The position numbers and the translations under genes were made by a program. This document shows positions 26,536 to 36,111 of a stretch of 56,336 bases of DNA, in pieces. This DNA comes from a virus (lineage: Duplodnaviria > Caudoviricetes). The notes below the pieces were generated by a model that worked only from the letters and a program-made list of their open reading frames with translations, had not been told where the DNA came from and searched no databases. Within the stretch, counting starts at the first letter, position 1. The number at the start of each line of letters is the position of its first letter. The stretch spans positions 1 to 56,336 of IMG/VR virus record IMGVR_UViG_3300032605_000023, one strand, 5' to 3'.

Positions 26536-27276
26536 TTACCCAATCATGTCAGTTGCAGGGAGACTCCAAGAAGTAAGCATTTCTTGTTCAAGCTCCGCAA
26601 TTTCTTGCACGGCATCATTATAAATCTTTTCACCGTTGAATTCTACATTTCCGGGTAGTTTCATTCCAACAAACTTTGTAAGATTGGATCCCCATTGTCT
26701 CTTGATAAGAGCAGTGGCATATCGTTGAAGCCAACGATCAGACCAGACTCGGGTATATTGGTTTGGATCAACAACCTGATAAGCTTTGATGATGAGCCAA
26801 TCACCAACATTTACGATTGACCAATCCATATCAATAAAAACTTTGTTGATATTTCTATTATATCTAAGTGGTTGCTTACCTACCAACATTTCTTCAAGAA
26901 ATTGAATGTGCTGAAGTGCCATATAATATGGAACCATCGACACAGACGTAAGAGTATATAGATCGTTTAGAGCAATCTGATACCTAATATTGAATAAATT
27001 GTTTGTGTTTAGACCTTGACCAATCGGGAAAATATCAACGGCGCCAATCACATTATCAGGCATTGTAATATATTCGTTATCAATATCTTGTTGTGTTACC
27101 TGATACTTGTAGTAAATATCCATAGCACCTTCAAAGTGATAATCGGCATAATAAGTAAGTGCATCATCAATACGATCTTCCACTTGATCATCATCAACAT
27201 TGATTTCAATTACTGGAGCTCCAAGTTTCCGAAGGCAGTAATACTTGAATTGTTGTCTAGAAGTAGGAAGTGCCAT
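26536..27276 (-). CDS. gp13: Neck protein
   Basis: YCLRKLGAPVIEINVDDDQVEDRIDDAL, KRQWGSNLTKF. Confidence 0.95.
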   Translation of the reverse strand: MALPTSRQQFKYYCLRKLGAPVIEINVDDDQVEDRIDDALTYYADYHFEGAMDIYYKYQVTQQDIDNEYITMPDNVIGAVDIFPIGQGLNTNNLFNIRYQIALNDLYTLTSVSMVPYYMALQHIQFLEEMLVGKQPLRYNRNINKVFIDMDWSIVNVGDWLIIKAYQVVDPNQYTRVWSDRWLQRYATALIKRQWGSNLTKFVGMKLPGNVEFNGEKIYNDAVQEIAELEQEMLTSWSLPATDMIG

Positions 27277-27300
27277 TTTACTATCCGCGGTTGTTTATAA

Positions 27301-27308
27301 TATTTATA
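27301..27308 (-). promoter_or_regulatory. T4-type late promoter
   Basis: Exact TATAAATA upstream of gp13. Confidence 0.75.
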
Positions 27309-27370
27309 TTATGAATTTGTATTAATAACAGCGGAAATTTTTGATACAGATCAATATTACAAATCAAAAA

Positions 27371-27547
27371 TTATGCCACCGGAACTATGGTAAGTGCGCC
27401 CTGGCCCACTAGAACCAGGATGTTTTGGTAGTCGGTGTTTGCCGGATCAATCGGGACATAACTTGTGACATCGTTAATATCAACGCGAATTGAGCTAACA
27501 ACACCGCCATATCCAATAACATATTGAGCGTTTGAATATGTGTTCAT
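27371..27547 (-). CDS. Small tail-fibre-associated (assembly chaperone-like) protein, 58 aa
   Basis: Below the track cut-off. MNTYSNAQY...SYVPIDPANTDYQNIL...; ATGA overlap with the fibre gene stop. Confidence 0.65.
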   Translation of the reverse strand: MNTYSNAQYVIGYGGVVSSIRVDINDVTSYVPIDPANTDYQNILVLVGQGALTIVPVA

Positions 27548-29166
27548 AGTTCAGCACTCCAAGCAATATAAGCATTTGTTGTGTTATTAGCGTTCAAAAC
27601 AATGCTCTGACCACTTGTGTAAGTTCCAGTCAAATTAACCGTCATCCAACGACAGTCCGAAGAATATTGACTTACAGGGTCGATTGCAGATGGCGTTCCG
27701 CCTCCAGAATCATTCCAATCTGATAGTGCGGAATAAGAACCAGTAGGACCAGTTCGCATAGACACCGGAAGCCCAATCATCGCTTGGGCGTTTGTGGTAG
27801 AATATGCCCGACCCACGCCAGCGTTAGCAAATGCAGTTGCTGCTTTTAGCTTGTAATAATACCGTTGGCACAACGCCAATTCTGTTCCGATTTGTCGCCG
27901 TTCAAACGGCGTGGCGACAGACCCAGCTTCAAGTTGGACGCCGGTTATATCTAATGTGCCAGATGTAAAAGCACCAGCATTGTTAGGCAAAAAAGAAATT
28001 GACAACCCATATGCCGCTTGCGAAGGCAAGGATATTTGCGCGGAAAAAGTTTGAGCCGAGGTTGTAACACTAAACGTCCCTGATGCAAAATTTGTTTGAG
28101 ATGTCCAAGTATCTCGTGATGGTGGATAAGCTATTCTCCAAGCAACTGTTTGTGCACTTGAAGCTAACATTGTTACTGATAATGTAACTGTTGTTCCAGC
28201 AAGATCTGCAATATTATAAGATTCAATACGTTGCGTAATTTGTGTTTGCGAATTTCCTGATCCGCCAGCAATTTCAAGAGCATACTGATAACCAGTTACC
28301 CCGGCCGGGCCACTTGGCCCGGCAACCTGAGCAATACTTCCCGGAGAAGCCGAAGTCCAATTTACAAACCATCTATCTAATGTATATGAACCATTTACCG
28401 GTGAACTAAAACTTGTTCCCCGCTGCGCGATCTGCATTGCACCATTGATAATACGATTTCTTAAAAATGAAGAACCCATGGCAACAGTGCCAGAAACATA
28501 TGCATTATTAAATGTCGGTGAATTACTAGTACCTAAATTTTGATTAATAGTATATTGTGTAATATTATAAGCATTGCCATTAATATTATTACTATTGGTT
28601 GAATTGGCAAAACCATAAGGATTTGTTGTTGGATAATAAAGTGCGGCCGCATTTGCTACAGCATTTGAATATGCAGTACCTGCTATTGTTGCGGCATATG
28701 ATATGGCATTTGAATATGCAGTACCTGCTATTGTTGCGGCATATGATATGGCATTTGAATATGCAGTACCTGCTATTGTTGCGGCATATGTTGTGGCATT
28801 TGTATATGCCGTTGCCGCATTTCCTGTAATAGCAGTATTAACAGTTGCAATATTTGATGCTAATTGAGTTGCAGAATATGTTGTGGCATTTGAATATGCT
28901 GTTGCAGCATTACTTGTAATAGCAGTATTAACATTCACGGAACCGACATATACAGTGGTGGCATTTACAATGCCACTCGTAAAAATGCCTGTGGAATTAA
29001 TTACATCAGAGGAACCAACCTGAATAGATGTAGCATTGACCACACCTGTAATATACATGCCTGTGGAATTTGTAACAAATCCATTGCCTTGAGTTGTTGT
29101 GCTATTGGCAATGAATATGCCATTTGCTACAATACCATTTTTTGCATTAAAAGATAGATCAGCCAT
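27544..29166 (-). CDS. Tail fibre / receptor-binding protein
   Basis: Repetitive shaft, then RNRIINGAMQIAQRGTS...DRW...TGVQLEAGSVATPFERR...ELALCQRYY domain common in phage fibres. Confidence 0.8.
   Translation of the reverse strand: MADLSFNAKNGIVANGIFIANSTTTQGNGFVTNSTGMYITGVVNATSIQVGSSDVINSTGIFTSGIVNATTVYVGSVNVNTAITSNAATAYSNATTYSATQLASNIATVNTAITGNAATAYTNATTYAATIAGTAYSNAISYAATIAGTAYSNAISYAATIAGTAYSNAVANAAALYYPTTNPYGFANSTNSNNINGNAYNITQYTINQNLGTSNSPTFNNAYVSGTVAMGSSFLRNRIINGAMQIAQRGTSFSSPVNGSYTLDRWFVNWTSASPGSIAQVAGPSGPAGVTGYQYALEIAGGSGNSQTQITQRIESYNIADLAGTTVTLSVTMLASSAQTVAWRIAYPPSRDTWTSQTNFASGTFSVTTSAQTFSAQISLPSQAAYGLSISFLPNNAGAFTSGTLDITGVQLEAGSVATPFERRQIGTELALCQRYYYKLKAATAFANAGVGRAYSTTNAQAMIGLPVSMRTGPTGSYSALSDWNDSGGGTPSAIDPVSQYSSDCRWMTVNLTGTYTSGQSIVLNANNTTNAYIAWSAEL
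28661..28795. repeat. Three tandem 45-bp repeats (15-aa unit ISYAATIAGTAYSNA) in the fibre shaft
   Basis: gcatttgaatatgcagtacctgctattgttgcggcatatg starts at 28661, 28706 and 28751; looser related repeats continue to about 28930. Confidence 0.9.
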
Positions 29167-29200
29167 ATTCGGTTCCCTTTCCCCGATATTTTTCTTTTAT

Positions 29201-29914
29201 TTATCCATATACGTGATTGCCGATATGATATAATTTAACCCATGGTGCACCATATATCTTTCCACCTGCTTCTCTCCACATCTTACAAAAATTGAAATCT
29301 TCATGAAGGAAGATATTTCTTTCTGAATCTGTTGAAGTAAAGAAGAATTCCTTATAGGATTCATCCTGTTCAAATTCTACATTTGATTGAACTGGTGATA
29401 CTAGATTGAATGATTTTACTTTATCACTGAGTGTTTCAAATACTTTTCTACTGATAAGCATCATACCAGTTCCAGCACGTTCTATTTCAATCAAACCATC
29501 TTCAGTTGGTTCAGAGTTTAGCGATGGTTCAAAGAGATATTCATTTGATGCACTTTTCAATGCTTCAGGGCTAAGTGTAGATGCCATTGATTTGATTTTA
29601 TACCAATCAAGTTTCTTCTTAGGATAAATTCCACATACCAAATCTTTACCAGTCAGTATCATATCAATTACCTGATCAGCATTAAACTGAATATCGGAAT
29701 CAATGAATAATAGATGAGTAGCATCAGATTTGAGGAATATATTTGCACACATATTTCTGGCATATGTTATCAAGGCTTCATTCAGACCATACATGAACTC
29801 AATTTCAAACTCATCATAGATAGCGGCTTTTTTAAAAAGTTCAATCATTGATGAAGTATAACCCATAGTGCACATGCCACCATAAGCAGGTGTTGCAACC
29901 AAAACATTAATCAT
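29201..29914 (-). CDS. GT-A fold glycosyltransferase-like protein
   Basis: VATPAYGG, LITYARN, THLLFIDSD (DxD), GTGMMLISRKVF, HEDFNFC, HIG. Confidence 0.7.
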   Translation of the reverse strand: MINVLVATPAYGGMCTMGYTSSMIELFKKAAIYDEFEIEFMYGLNEALITYARNMCANIFLKSDATHLLFIDSDIQFNADQVIDMILTGKDLVCGIYPKKKLDWYKIKSMASTLSPEALKSASNEYLFEPSLNSEPTEDGLIEIERAGTGMMLISRKVFETLSDKVKSFNLVSPVQSNVEFEQDESYKEFFFTSTDSERNIFLHEDFNFCKMWREAGGKIYGAPWVKLYHIGNHVYG

Positions 29915-29926
29915 TATATAATCCCA

Positions 29927-30148
29927 TTAAGAAGATGTTGTAGTGTCAGTATTTGCAGTTGGATCGTATGGTGGAGTAGAAATTAGATTCCAAGAAGAAC
30001 CACCCCAATAAAGATATAGATTATTAGGATTATCTGGTGGAGCAGTTAGCGTAGTGCCATATGGAATCCCATTGACGTGATTGGGATCATCTGGCAACGT
30101 AATTGTTCCACCATAGTAACCATTGTCCTGTATTATATAGGCAAACAT
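29927..30148 (-). CDS. Small fibre-associated hypothetical protein
   Basis: 73 aa with GYYGG, TLTAPP and YWGGSSW; SD GAGG. Confidence 0.55.
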   Translation of the reverse strand: MFAYIIQDNGYYGGTITLPDDPNHVNGIPYGTTLTAPPDNPNNLYLYWGGSSWNLISTPPYDPTANTDTTTSS

Positions 30149-30159
30149 CAAATACCTCT

Positions 30160-30426
30160 TTACATAGCTGCTTTAATAAATGTGCTCTGAAGTGGTTGCG
30201 AACCAACGGTAACAGTGCCAAAGGCACCCTGACCAGTAAGAGCAGGAACATAGAAACTTGTTGCCACATTATAACCTACTGCATTTGCACCAACAGCAAC
30301 AGCTTGTGTTGTAACTGTTGGTGGATTGGTAGATGATGGTTGTAGAATACCATTATTGTTGATAACTGTTACAGTGTATTGCTTAGTATTTGCAACCGTA
30401 ACATTGTATTCTGGTAATGTTGTCAT
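30160..30426 (-). CDS. Small putative structural protein
   Basis: 88 aa, Thr/Val/Asn-rich, coupled to 30426..30752. Confidence 0.55.
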   Translation of the reverse strand: MTTLPEYNVTVANTKQYTVTVINNNGILQPSSTNPPTVTTQAVAVGANAVGYNVATSFYVPALTGQGAFGTVTVGSQPLQSTFIKAAM

Positions 30427-30752
30427 TAGTTTGTAACGCTTGGTGTGACTGTTACTAAGCCTTGAATTACTCTTGAAATATTACCACTCTGATCTGTTAC
30501 ATCAACGTCATAAACATATCTACCAGGCCATACAGTGCTGGTTGTTTCAGCATTCATCGAAAGTGTAATGACACCATTTGCATATGCATTAGCAGTAAAT
30601 GCAAATGAATTACAAGACATATATGACTTTTTAAATACGGAATTTGCTGTATAAGTTGATAAATCAATAGGAGTCCCATTGATATCCACAATATTAAAAG
30701 ATGCCGAGAACGTAGTGCCCTGATCTATTACTATATTGATATTCTGAGCCAT
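30426..30752 (-). CDS. Small beta-rich virion structural protein
   Basis: NIVIDQGTTF...GRYVYDV...RVIQGLVTVTPSVT; paralog of 10271..10657. Confidence 0.7.
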   Translation of the reverse strand: MAQNINIVIDQGTTFSASFNIVDINGTPIDLSTYTANSVFKKSYMSCNSFAFTANAYANGVITLSMNAETTSTVWPGRYVYDVDVTDQSGNISRVIQGLVTVTPSVTN

Positions 30753-30786
30753 AACGCTTCCTAAGTAATTATTTTATTTCTATTTA

Positions 30787-32313
30787 TTATACCGTTATAG
30801 CAGTTCTTGTAAATTTGCACACAACATTCGCACTATTTGGTGTGAGTTGTAGTGCAATATTACCTCCGTTGATAATTGCAGTAAATGTTCCAAGATTGAT
30901 ATTTGAATACACTGTTCCATATTCCGTGATATATGGATTTGTTCCGTCAGACAATACAAGGATTTTTGTAAGATGATAACTTGGAGTTGGTAAAGTAGAA
31001 TCAGTAAGTTGAACAAGATATTCTAATGATCTAAAAGAAGATACTGATACAACATCCACATTTGCAGGAGATGAATTTGAAAATGTTCGAGAACCAGTTC
31101 CAGATTGTGAAATTGTTCCAGAATTAATATTATTAGAGAATGTTACAACATTAGAGAATGTTGCATTTCCTGTCACTGTAATGATATTAGAGAATGTAGC
31201 ATTCCCAGAGACAGAAATGTTATTAGAAGATAATGTATTATATACCGTTATGTTATTTGAATATGTATTGGTTGAATATATTGAAGCCCAAACATATGAA
31301 GAATTACCTAGAAGATAGAAACTATTTGCAGCAGGAACAAGATTACCCGTTGCAGTACCAGATGATGAATAAGTCAAGGTTCCGTTGATTGTTAAGTTAT
31401 TAACTACCAAACTACCGTTAACAGTGCTTGTTGCAGAAGTATTTGCAATATTAAGTGATTCTACATTGGCATGACCAGAGGAATATAATGTTACTGTATT
31501 GACACTTGTTCCTGTTACAGAAGTAGCATTGACTAGTGATGAATTGACAGTTGTAGTTCCAACGGCAATGGTAGTTGTATTGACTACAGTAGTCCCTACA
31601 GTAACAGAAGTCGGGTTGATTGTTACAGTATTTGTAGTATTGGCAACCTGAATGGATCCACCAGTATATACAGAATTTGCGGTAGTATTACCAACAAACA
31701 ACTGTGTGGTTGTAAGCTGAACATTTGCACCAATATATACGACATTAGAGAATGTAGTATTCCCGGTAATTGTAACGGCATTAGAAAATGTTCCATTCCC
31801 CACTACAGAAATAGTATTAGAGAATGTAGTATTCCCGGTAATTGTAACGGCATTAGAGAATGTTCCATTCCCTGTTACAGAAAGTGTATTTGCAACAGTG
31901 ACAGTATTATTGAATTGAGAAAGTGTAGTGACTACAAGATATTGACCTGTAATATTTGTGTTGTTTGAAGGTGTTAGATTAATTGAATTCGGAGATAATG
32001 TAACACCAGAATTGGTTGTATTAGAACTAACTGTTAGAATGGCATTTGTTGTCGTGTTATAGAATACAGTATTTGATAGCATGTAAATGCTATTTGCCGT
32101 CGAAATATTACCACCTACAACACCATTCCCGACATGAATATAAGAAGCACCTAAATGACCGGTAACATATCCGTTACCAGTGGTTTGATTGCCACCTGAG
32201 GTGCTATCAATGGATACAGTATTTTGTGTAACAGCATTTACAAGCTGATTGGTAACACTCAACCAACCACCGAACGTTGAATTATTAGATACTTGTATGA
32301 TGCTGATGGCCAT
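30787..32313 (-). CDS. Fibre-like virion structural protein
   Basis: N-terminal TFxxW...TNQL anchor, 12-aa VTGNxTFSN repeats, C-terminal RSLEYLVQ...TEYG domain. Confidence 0.7.
   Translation of the reverse strand: MAISIIQVSNNSTFGGWLSVTNQLVNAVTQNTVSIDSTSGGNQTTGNGYVTGHLGASYIHVGNGVVGGNISTANSIYMLSNTVFYNTTTNAILTVSSNTTNSGVTLSPNSINLTPSNNTNITGQYLVVTTLSQFNNTVTVANTLSVTGNGTFSNAVTITGNTTFSNTISVVGNGTFSNAVTITGNTTFSNVVYIGANVQLTTTQLFVGNTTANSVYTGGSIQVANTTNTVTINPTSVTVGTTVVNTTTIAVGTTTVNSSLVNATSVTGTSVNTVTLYSSGHANVESLNIANTSATSTVNGSLVVNNLTINGTLTYSSSGTATGNLVPAANSFYLLGNSSYVWASIYSTNTYSNNITVYNTLSSNNISVSGNATFSNIITVTGNATFSNVVTFSNNINSGTISQSGTGSRTFSNSSPANVDVVSVSSFRSLEYLVQLTDSTLPTPSYHLTKILVLSDGTNPYITEYGTVYSNINLGTFTAIINGGNIALQLTPNSANVVCKFTRTAITV
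31744..31887. repeat. Two near-identical 72-bp tandem repeats in the fibre gene
   Basis: attagagaatgtagtattcccggtaattgtaacggcattaga at 31744 and 31816. Confidence 0.85.
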
Positions 32314-32534
32314 TACTTCTGCCCTAATAGTTGTTTTAACATTGATTTGATTTCTGATACATCATTCTTTAAATTTTCAGTATCTTCAACCACACGTAAT
32401 AATTTTAATCTTGTTTCTCTTTCTTGTCTGTATTTATTTAATTCTTTATCATTTGTATTTAAAATAGCACTTGACGAGACTTGTCGAACAAGATCTGGAT
32501 TTTCTCTGACCTTATAATATTCTGGTTCTGTCAT
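32313..32534 (-). CDS. Small conserved coiled-coil protein downstream of the VrlC-like gene
   Basis: KVRENPDLVRQVSSSAILNTN...LKNDVSEIKSMLKQLL. Confidence 0.7.
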   Translation of the reverse strand: MTEPEYYKVRENPDLVRQVSSSAILNTNDKELNKYRQERETRLKLLRVVEDTENLKNDVSEIKSMLKQLLGQK

Positions 32535-32536
32535 AT

Positions 32537-35053
32537 TTAAACCTGCACAGCAATAGCACGCATATTTGATACTCTGGGAACAATCATCGACGCATTTGCA
32601 ACCATGACAATCTTCACGGCAAAATTGATGAAAGTATCAAAAGGAACATCATTATAAGTTACATATCGAGCAATACCTGAATTATTTGCATATTTAAATG
32701 CACCTGCCTGAGATTCTAGACCTGGGATGATACCGATGGCAGCATTTGTGGATCCAGTAGTTGTATTACCGATTGTAAGATTTGATGAAAGAACAAGTGT
32801 ATTTGCATTTGGAATAGCAATAACTTGCCGAACATTGAATGTATTTGAAGCGCCTGTATAACCTGTGTCTGAGATATACACGAATTGACCTAAGGAAAAT
32901 TGTGCAGTAGTCTGACCTGCTCCTAGAACAACATTAGCACTTGCACCAGTTCCAGGATTTGCATTGCTAGTTGTTACACCAGAACCATATACCTGAACAG
33001 ATGATGGAAGATCATACTGAAGTTGAACATAATCTGTTTGATTTACCAAACTGCTCTGTAGTGCAGGAGATGATGTTTCGGGTAGTCTAGACCAATCATT
33101 GTTGGCAAATGGATTTGAATCACCAGTAGAGGAGAATTTACCATATACTCTGAGGTTTGTTCCTGGTGGTCTATATGCAGCAAGATATACCAAAAGATCT
33201 TCTGAATTTTGACCTGTTGCAAGAATTACATTCTTAGAGATATACCGTGATGTTGTATGGATAGCAGCATTATTTGCTTCATTGAAGTATGAAACAGTTG
33301 TTGCAACAACACTAGAACTACCATTGCTTACCGTTGCAGAACCATTTGCAATAAATGCGCCAATATTATTAACATTTGATGATACAATATTTGATACCAA
33401 AATTGTAGAAGAATTGGATGTGATAACAGTACCAGACGTTGTTACAGTTGAGTTTGATTGAGTAACAATAGTACCAGCACCAAAAATACCAATATTATTT
33501 CCAGTAATTGCATATCCTTGAAGATTTTGATCAGGCGTAACAACGTTATATGTCATTGTTGCCGTTGTTCTCAAATTATTAATATATGGTGAAATAAGAT
33601 TATTAGACGTATTCAAATTTGCCTGAATGTGAAGTGAACTAGCACCAGACAAAGCGGCTTGTTCCTTACTTCTAGAAACCAATGTTCTTTCTTCATCAAT
33701 AAACTCATACGGCAAATCTGGTTGCAATACAGTGTTTGATGTATCAAGAACATATGTATTTGATGTTCCAGAGAATGACCAAGTTGCTGAAGTCTGTGTT
33801 GGAACAATTTGTGTAAACTGAGATGTGATGCTATCATATACTCTATTTCTAGTGTCCACAACCAATGATGTTGCACCAGAAGATAGACCGATTAGATAAC
33901 TATTTCCGGAATCAACAAAATTTGAAGCAGCATTAGAAGTTACTGAATCCAAAATAATCTTAGGATTTGAATTCAATTTTGTGATTGATGAAAGATATCC
34001 ATATAAAGCACCATCACTCTTTACCCGACCGATGATTGTGTTTGAATCGGAAAATTTTACATTTGCAGAAAGTATCAGAGTATTTGTTGTAGCATTATTC
34101 CCTACAATCTGAAGCATCTGAGCATTTGAAAATGTATTTGTCGACACAAAGATATAATTGCCGTTTGCAAAATCAGTGTATGTGATAAACGGCACCGTAA
34201 CGGTATTTGACGATGCGGTAGCACTTATTGAATTTACAGAAGCCGTGATTGTTGATGATTTGCTAGATGATGTACCAACAATAGTAGTATTACCAGAATT
34301 GACAAAGGATCCTGTAACATTAGACAAAAGAAGAACAGAAGAATTTGATCCAGTATATACAGTGCCTACAGCAGTATTGGGACTTGAACCTGATGATGTC
34401 TGATAGACATATTCACCTACGGTAAAAGTATTTGCGCCAGATAATGAAACTCTGGCAAGACTCAATACTGAATTGGAAACTACAATTTTCTCACCTTCTG
34501 TAAATGTTCCTACAACAGATGAAATCTTAAAGAAATCTGAATTTGAATTCCGATATACGGCAGTGCCAGAACTACCGGTAAAATTTGCAACTCTTAAGGT
34601 ATATTTCATGCTTTCTAATTGACTTGGAACATAATTCAAATCATTAGACGAAAGAAACAAAGAACCTAATTGATTATTATTATAAATTGGAACGCCAGTT
34701 GTAATATCATTTGCAGACAATACACCTGTCCAGAGAGTATAATTTGGATTCCCACCAGAAGGCAACACAACAAGAGCATATTGTTGATTAGTCTGAATGA
34801 CTATTGGTGTTGCAAATGTGAATGTTGTGGGAACCGATGCATTTGTACTTGTTGAAACTTGATTTGCAGTTAAATATGCAGTACCGTTTGGAACAGTATA
34901 CGCAGTTGGGGCGCCATTCTCTGTTGTTTTAATCTGAAGTTCTACACCAAAGACAGGATCACTAGATTGAAAATAAAGATCAACAGATGTAAGATATACA
35001 GCACTCACACCATTTGTTGGCTGTGAAACAAGAAACGTTTGAGCTAAAGGCAT
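32537..35053 (-). CDS. Baseplate/virion structural protein, C-terminal half of a VrlC/DUF4815-type protein
   Basis: Starts PLAQTF...LTSVDLYF...GSLFLSSN; ends SRYISKNVIL...FAVKIVM...PRVSNMRAIA, the usual C-terminal region of this family. Confidence 0.75.
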   Translation of the reverse strand: MPLAQTFLVSQPTNGVSAVYLTSVDLYFQSSDPVFGVELQIKTTENGAPTAYTVPNGTAYLTANQVSTSTNASVPTTFTFATPIVIQTNQQYALVVLPSGGNPNYTLWTGVLSANDITTGVPIYNNNQLGSLFLSSNDLNYVPSQLESMKYTLRVANFTGSSGTAVYRNSNSDFFKISSVVGTFTEGEKIVVSNSVLSLARVSLSGANTFTVGEYVYQTSSGSSPNTAVGTVYTGSNSSVLLLSNVTGSFVNSGNTTIVGTSSSKSSTITASVNSISATASSNTVTVPFITYTDFANGNYIFVSTNTFSNAQMLQIVGNNATTNTLILSANVKFSDSNTIIGRVKSDGALYGYLSSITKLNSNPKIILDSVTSNAASNFVDSGNSYLIGLSSGATSLVVDTRNRVYDSITSQFTQIVPTQTSATWSFSGTSNTYVLDTSNTVLQPDLPYEFIDEERTLVSRSKEQAALSGASSLHIQANLNTSNNLISPYINNLRTTATMTYNVVTPDQNLQGYAITGNNIGIFGAGTIVTQSNSTVTTSGTVITSNSSTILVSNIVSSNVNNIGAFIANGSATVSNGSSSVVATTVSYFNEANNAAIHTTSRYISKNVILATGQNSEDLLVYLAAYRPPGTNLRVYGKFSSTGDSNPFANNDWSRLPETSSPALQSSLVNQTDYVQLQYDLPSSVQVYGSGVTTSNANPGTGASANVVLGAGQTTAQFSLGQFVYISDTGYTGASNTFNVRQVIAIPNANTLVLSSNLTIGNTTTGSTNAAIGIIPGLESQAGAFKYANNSGIARYVTYNDVPFDTFINFAVKIVMVANASMIVPRVSNMRAIAVQV

Positions 35054-35072
35054 ATTCTTTTCATTCCGTTAA

Positions 35073-36086
35073 TTAAAGATTTTTCCAAAATTCATTGAGC
35101 TTGGTATATTTATTCAACGTATTTTGATCTTCTAGATTTGCACCCTCGATTGCACAAAGAGCTTTAAATTTATCCATTGGTATTGCTAATTCAACGTCAG
35201 AATTTCTCAACTGAAGCATTGGATTATCAGAACCAATGTTATTCTCTAGAGTATCAGGTCTATTGATCTTTGAAAATACATCCGCATACATTACAGCATC
35301 AAAACCTAACACAGACATTAAATCTTGTTTGGTTTCTGGTGTATTCTGTAACAATGCTTCAGAGAAAAATTCTGTTCCAAAAATGGAATGAATTGCACCA
35401 CCTACACAAATATCAGAATCTAGATTTTTATTTTTCAAAAGATCATATGTATTTAACAGATGTGCCATGAAGTTGGAATGACTATGTTTTATTTTATCGG
35501 CACCGAGTTGAGTAAGTAAAGTTTGAACTTTATTTCTTGTTAAATCAACTTCAGTGCTTGTTTTAAACATCAACGTAACTCTTAGTTGAGGGCAAATTCG
35601 TGTGACACCTCGAGCAACATGTTTCATCTTAGATGGAAACGAAAGCCCTCTATTATATGATGGAAGTTCGGAATGAATAATTCCATTTTCATCATATACA
35701 GTTGTTTCACCACCCCATTCATCTTTCCAATCTCTATTCAAATATACAACATATGTACGATCATTATTTCGTGATGAATCTCTATGAGGATATCCTTCAA
35801 TGCCATATGTATGTGCATTTGCATAACATCTAAGAAGAATGGAATTTTTGCAATAGTTTTCTTTTACATGATTCCAGGCAGAAAGAAAAGGTTCTGGAAG
35901 TGTATCAGAAATATCAATTCCATTCTCAGCACGTGCAGGTGAAATCAAACAATTCCAATGACCAAAGCCCATCTTATTATTTGATAACCATCCGTATTTC
36001 CATCCTTTTTCCTCGATTACTTCGATTAAACTGATTCGAAGATCCTCGGGGAAAAAGTTTTCATATGTTTCAATTTCATTCATCAT
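35073..36086 (-). CDS. 2OG-Fe(II) oxygenase (prolyl-hydroxylase-like) fused to an HD-like DUF6817-type domain
   Basis: HRD...VYLNRDWKDEWGGET...H...R(VTLMFK) catalytic set, then HSHSNFMAHLLNTYDLL...GAIHSIFGTEFF. Confidence 0.75.
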   Translation of the reverse strand: MMNEIETYENFFPEDLRISLIEVIEEKGWKYGWLSNNKMGFGHWNCLISPARAENGIDISDTLPEPFLSAWNHVKENYCKNSILLRCYANAHTYGIEGYPHRDSSRNNDRTYVVYLNRDWKDEWGGETTVYDENGIIHSELPSYNRGLSFPSKMKHVARGVTRICPQLRVTLMFKTSTEVDLTRNKVQTLLTQLGADKIKHSHSNFMAHLLNTYDLLKNKNLDSDICVGGAIHSIFGTEFFSEALLQNTPETKQDLMSVLGFDAVMYADVFSKINRPDTLENNIGSDNPMLQLRNSDVELAIPMDKFKALCAIEGANLEDQNTLNKYTKLNEFWKNL

Positions 36087-36111
36087 AAAGTATCCTATAG
36101 TTTAGATATAT

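Noticed and set aside
27544-28480. Diversity-generating retroelement target in the fibre tip
   Set aside because: No second copy differing at adenines and no reverse transcriptase seen in this window.
28661-28795. Regularly spaced repeats as a possible CRISPR array
   Set aside because: Head-to-tail in-frame coding repeats with no unique spacers; the same holds for 31744, 36121 and 53929.
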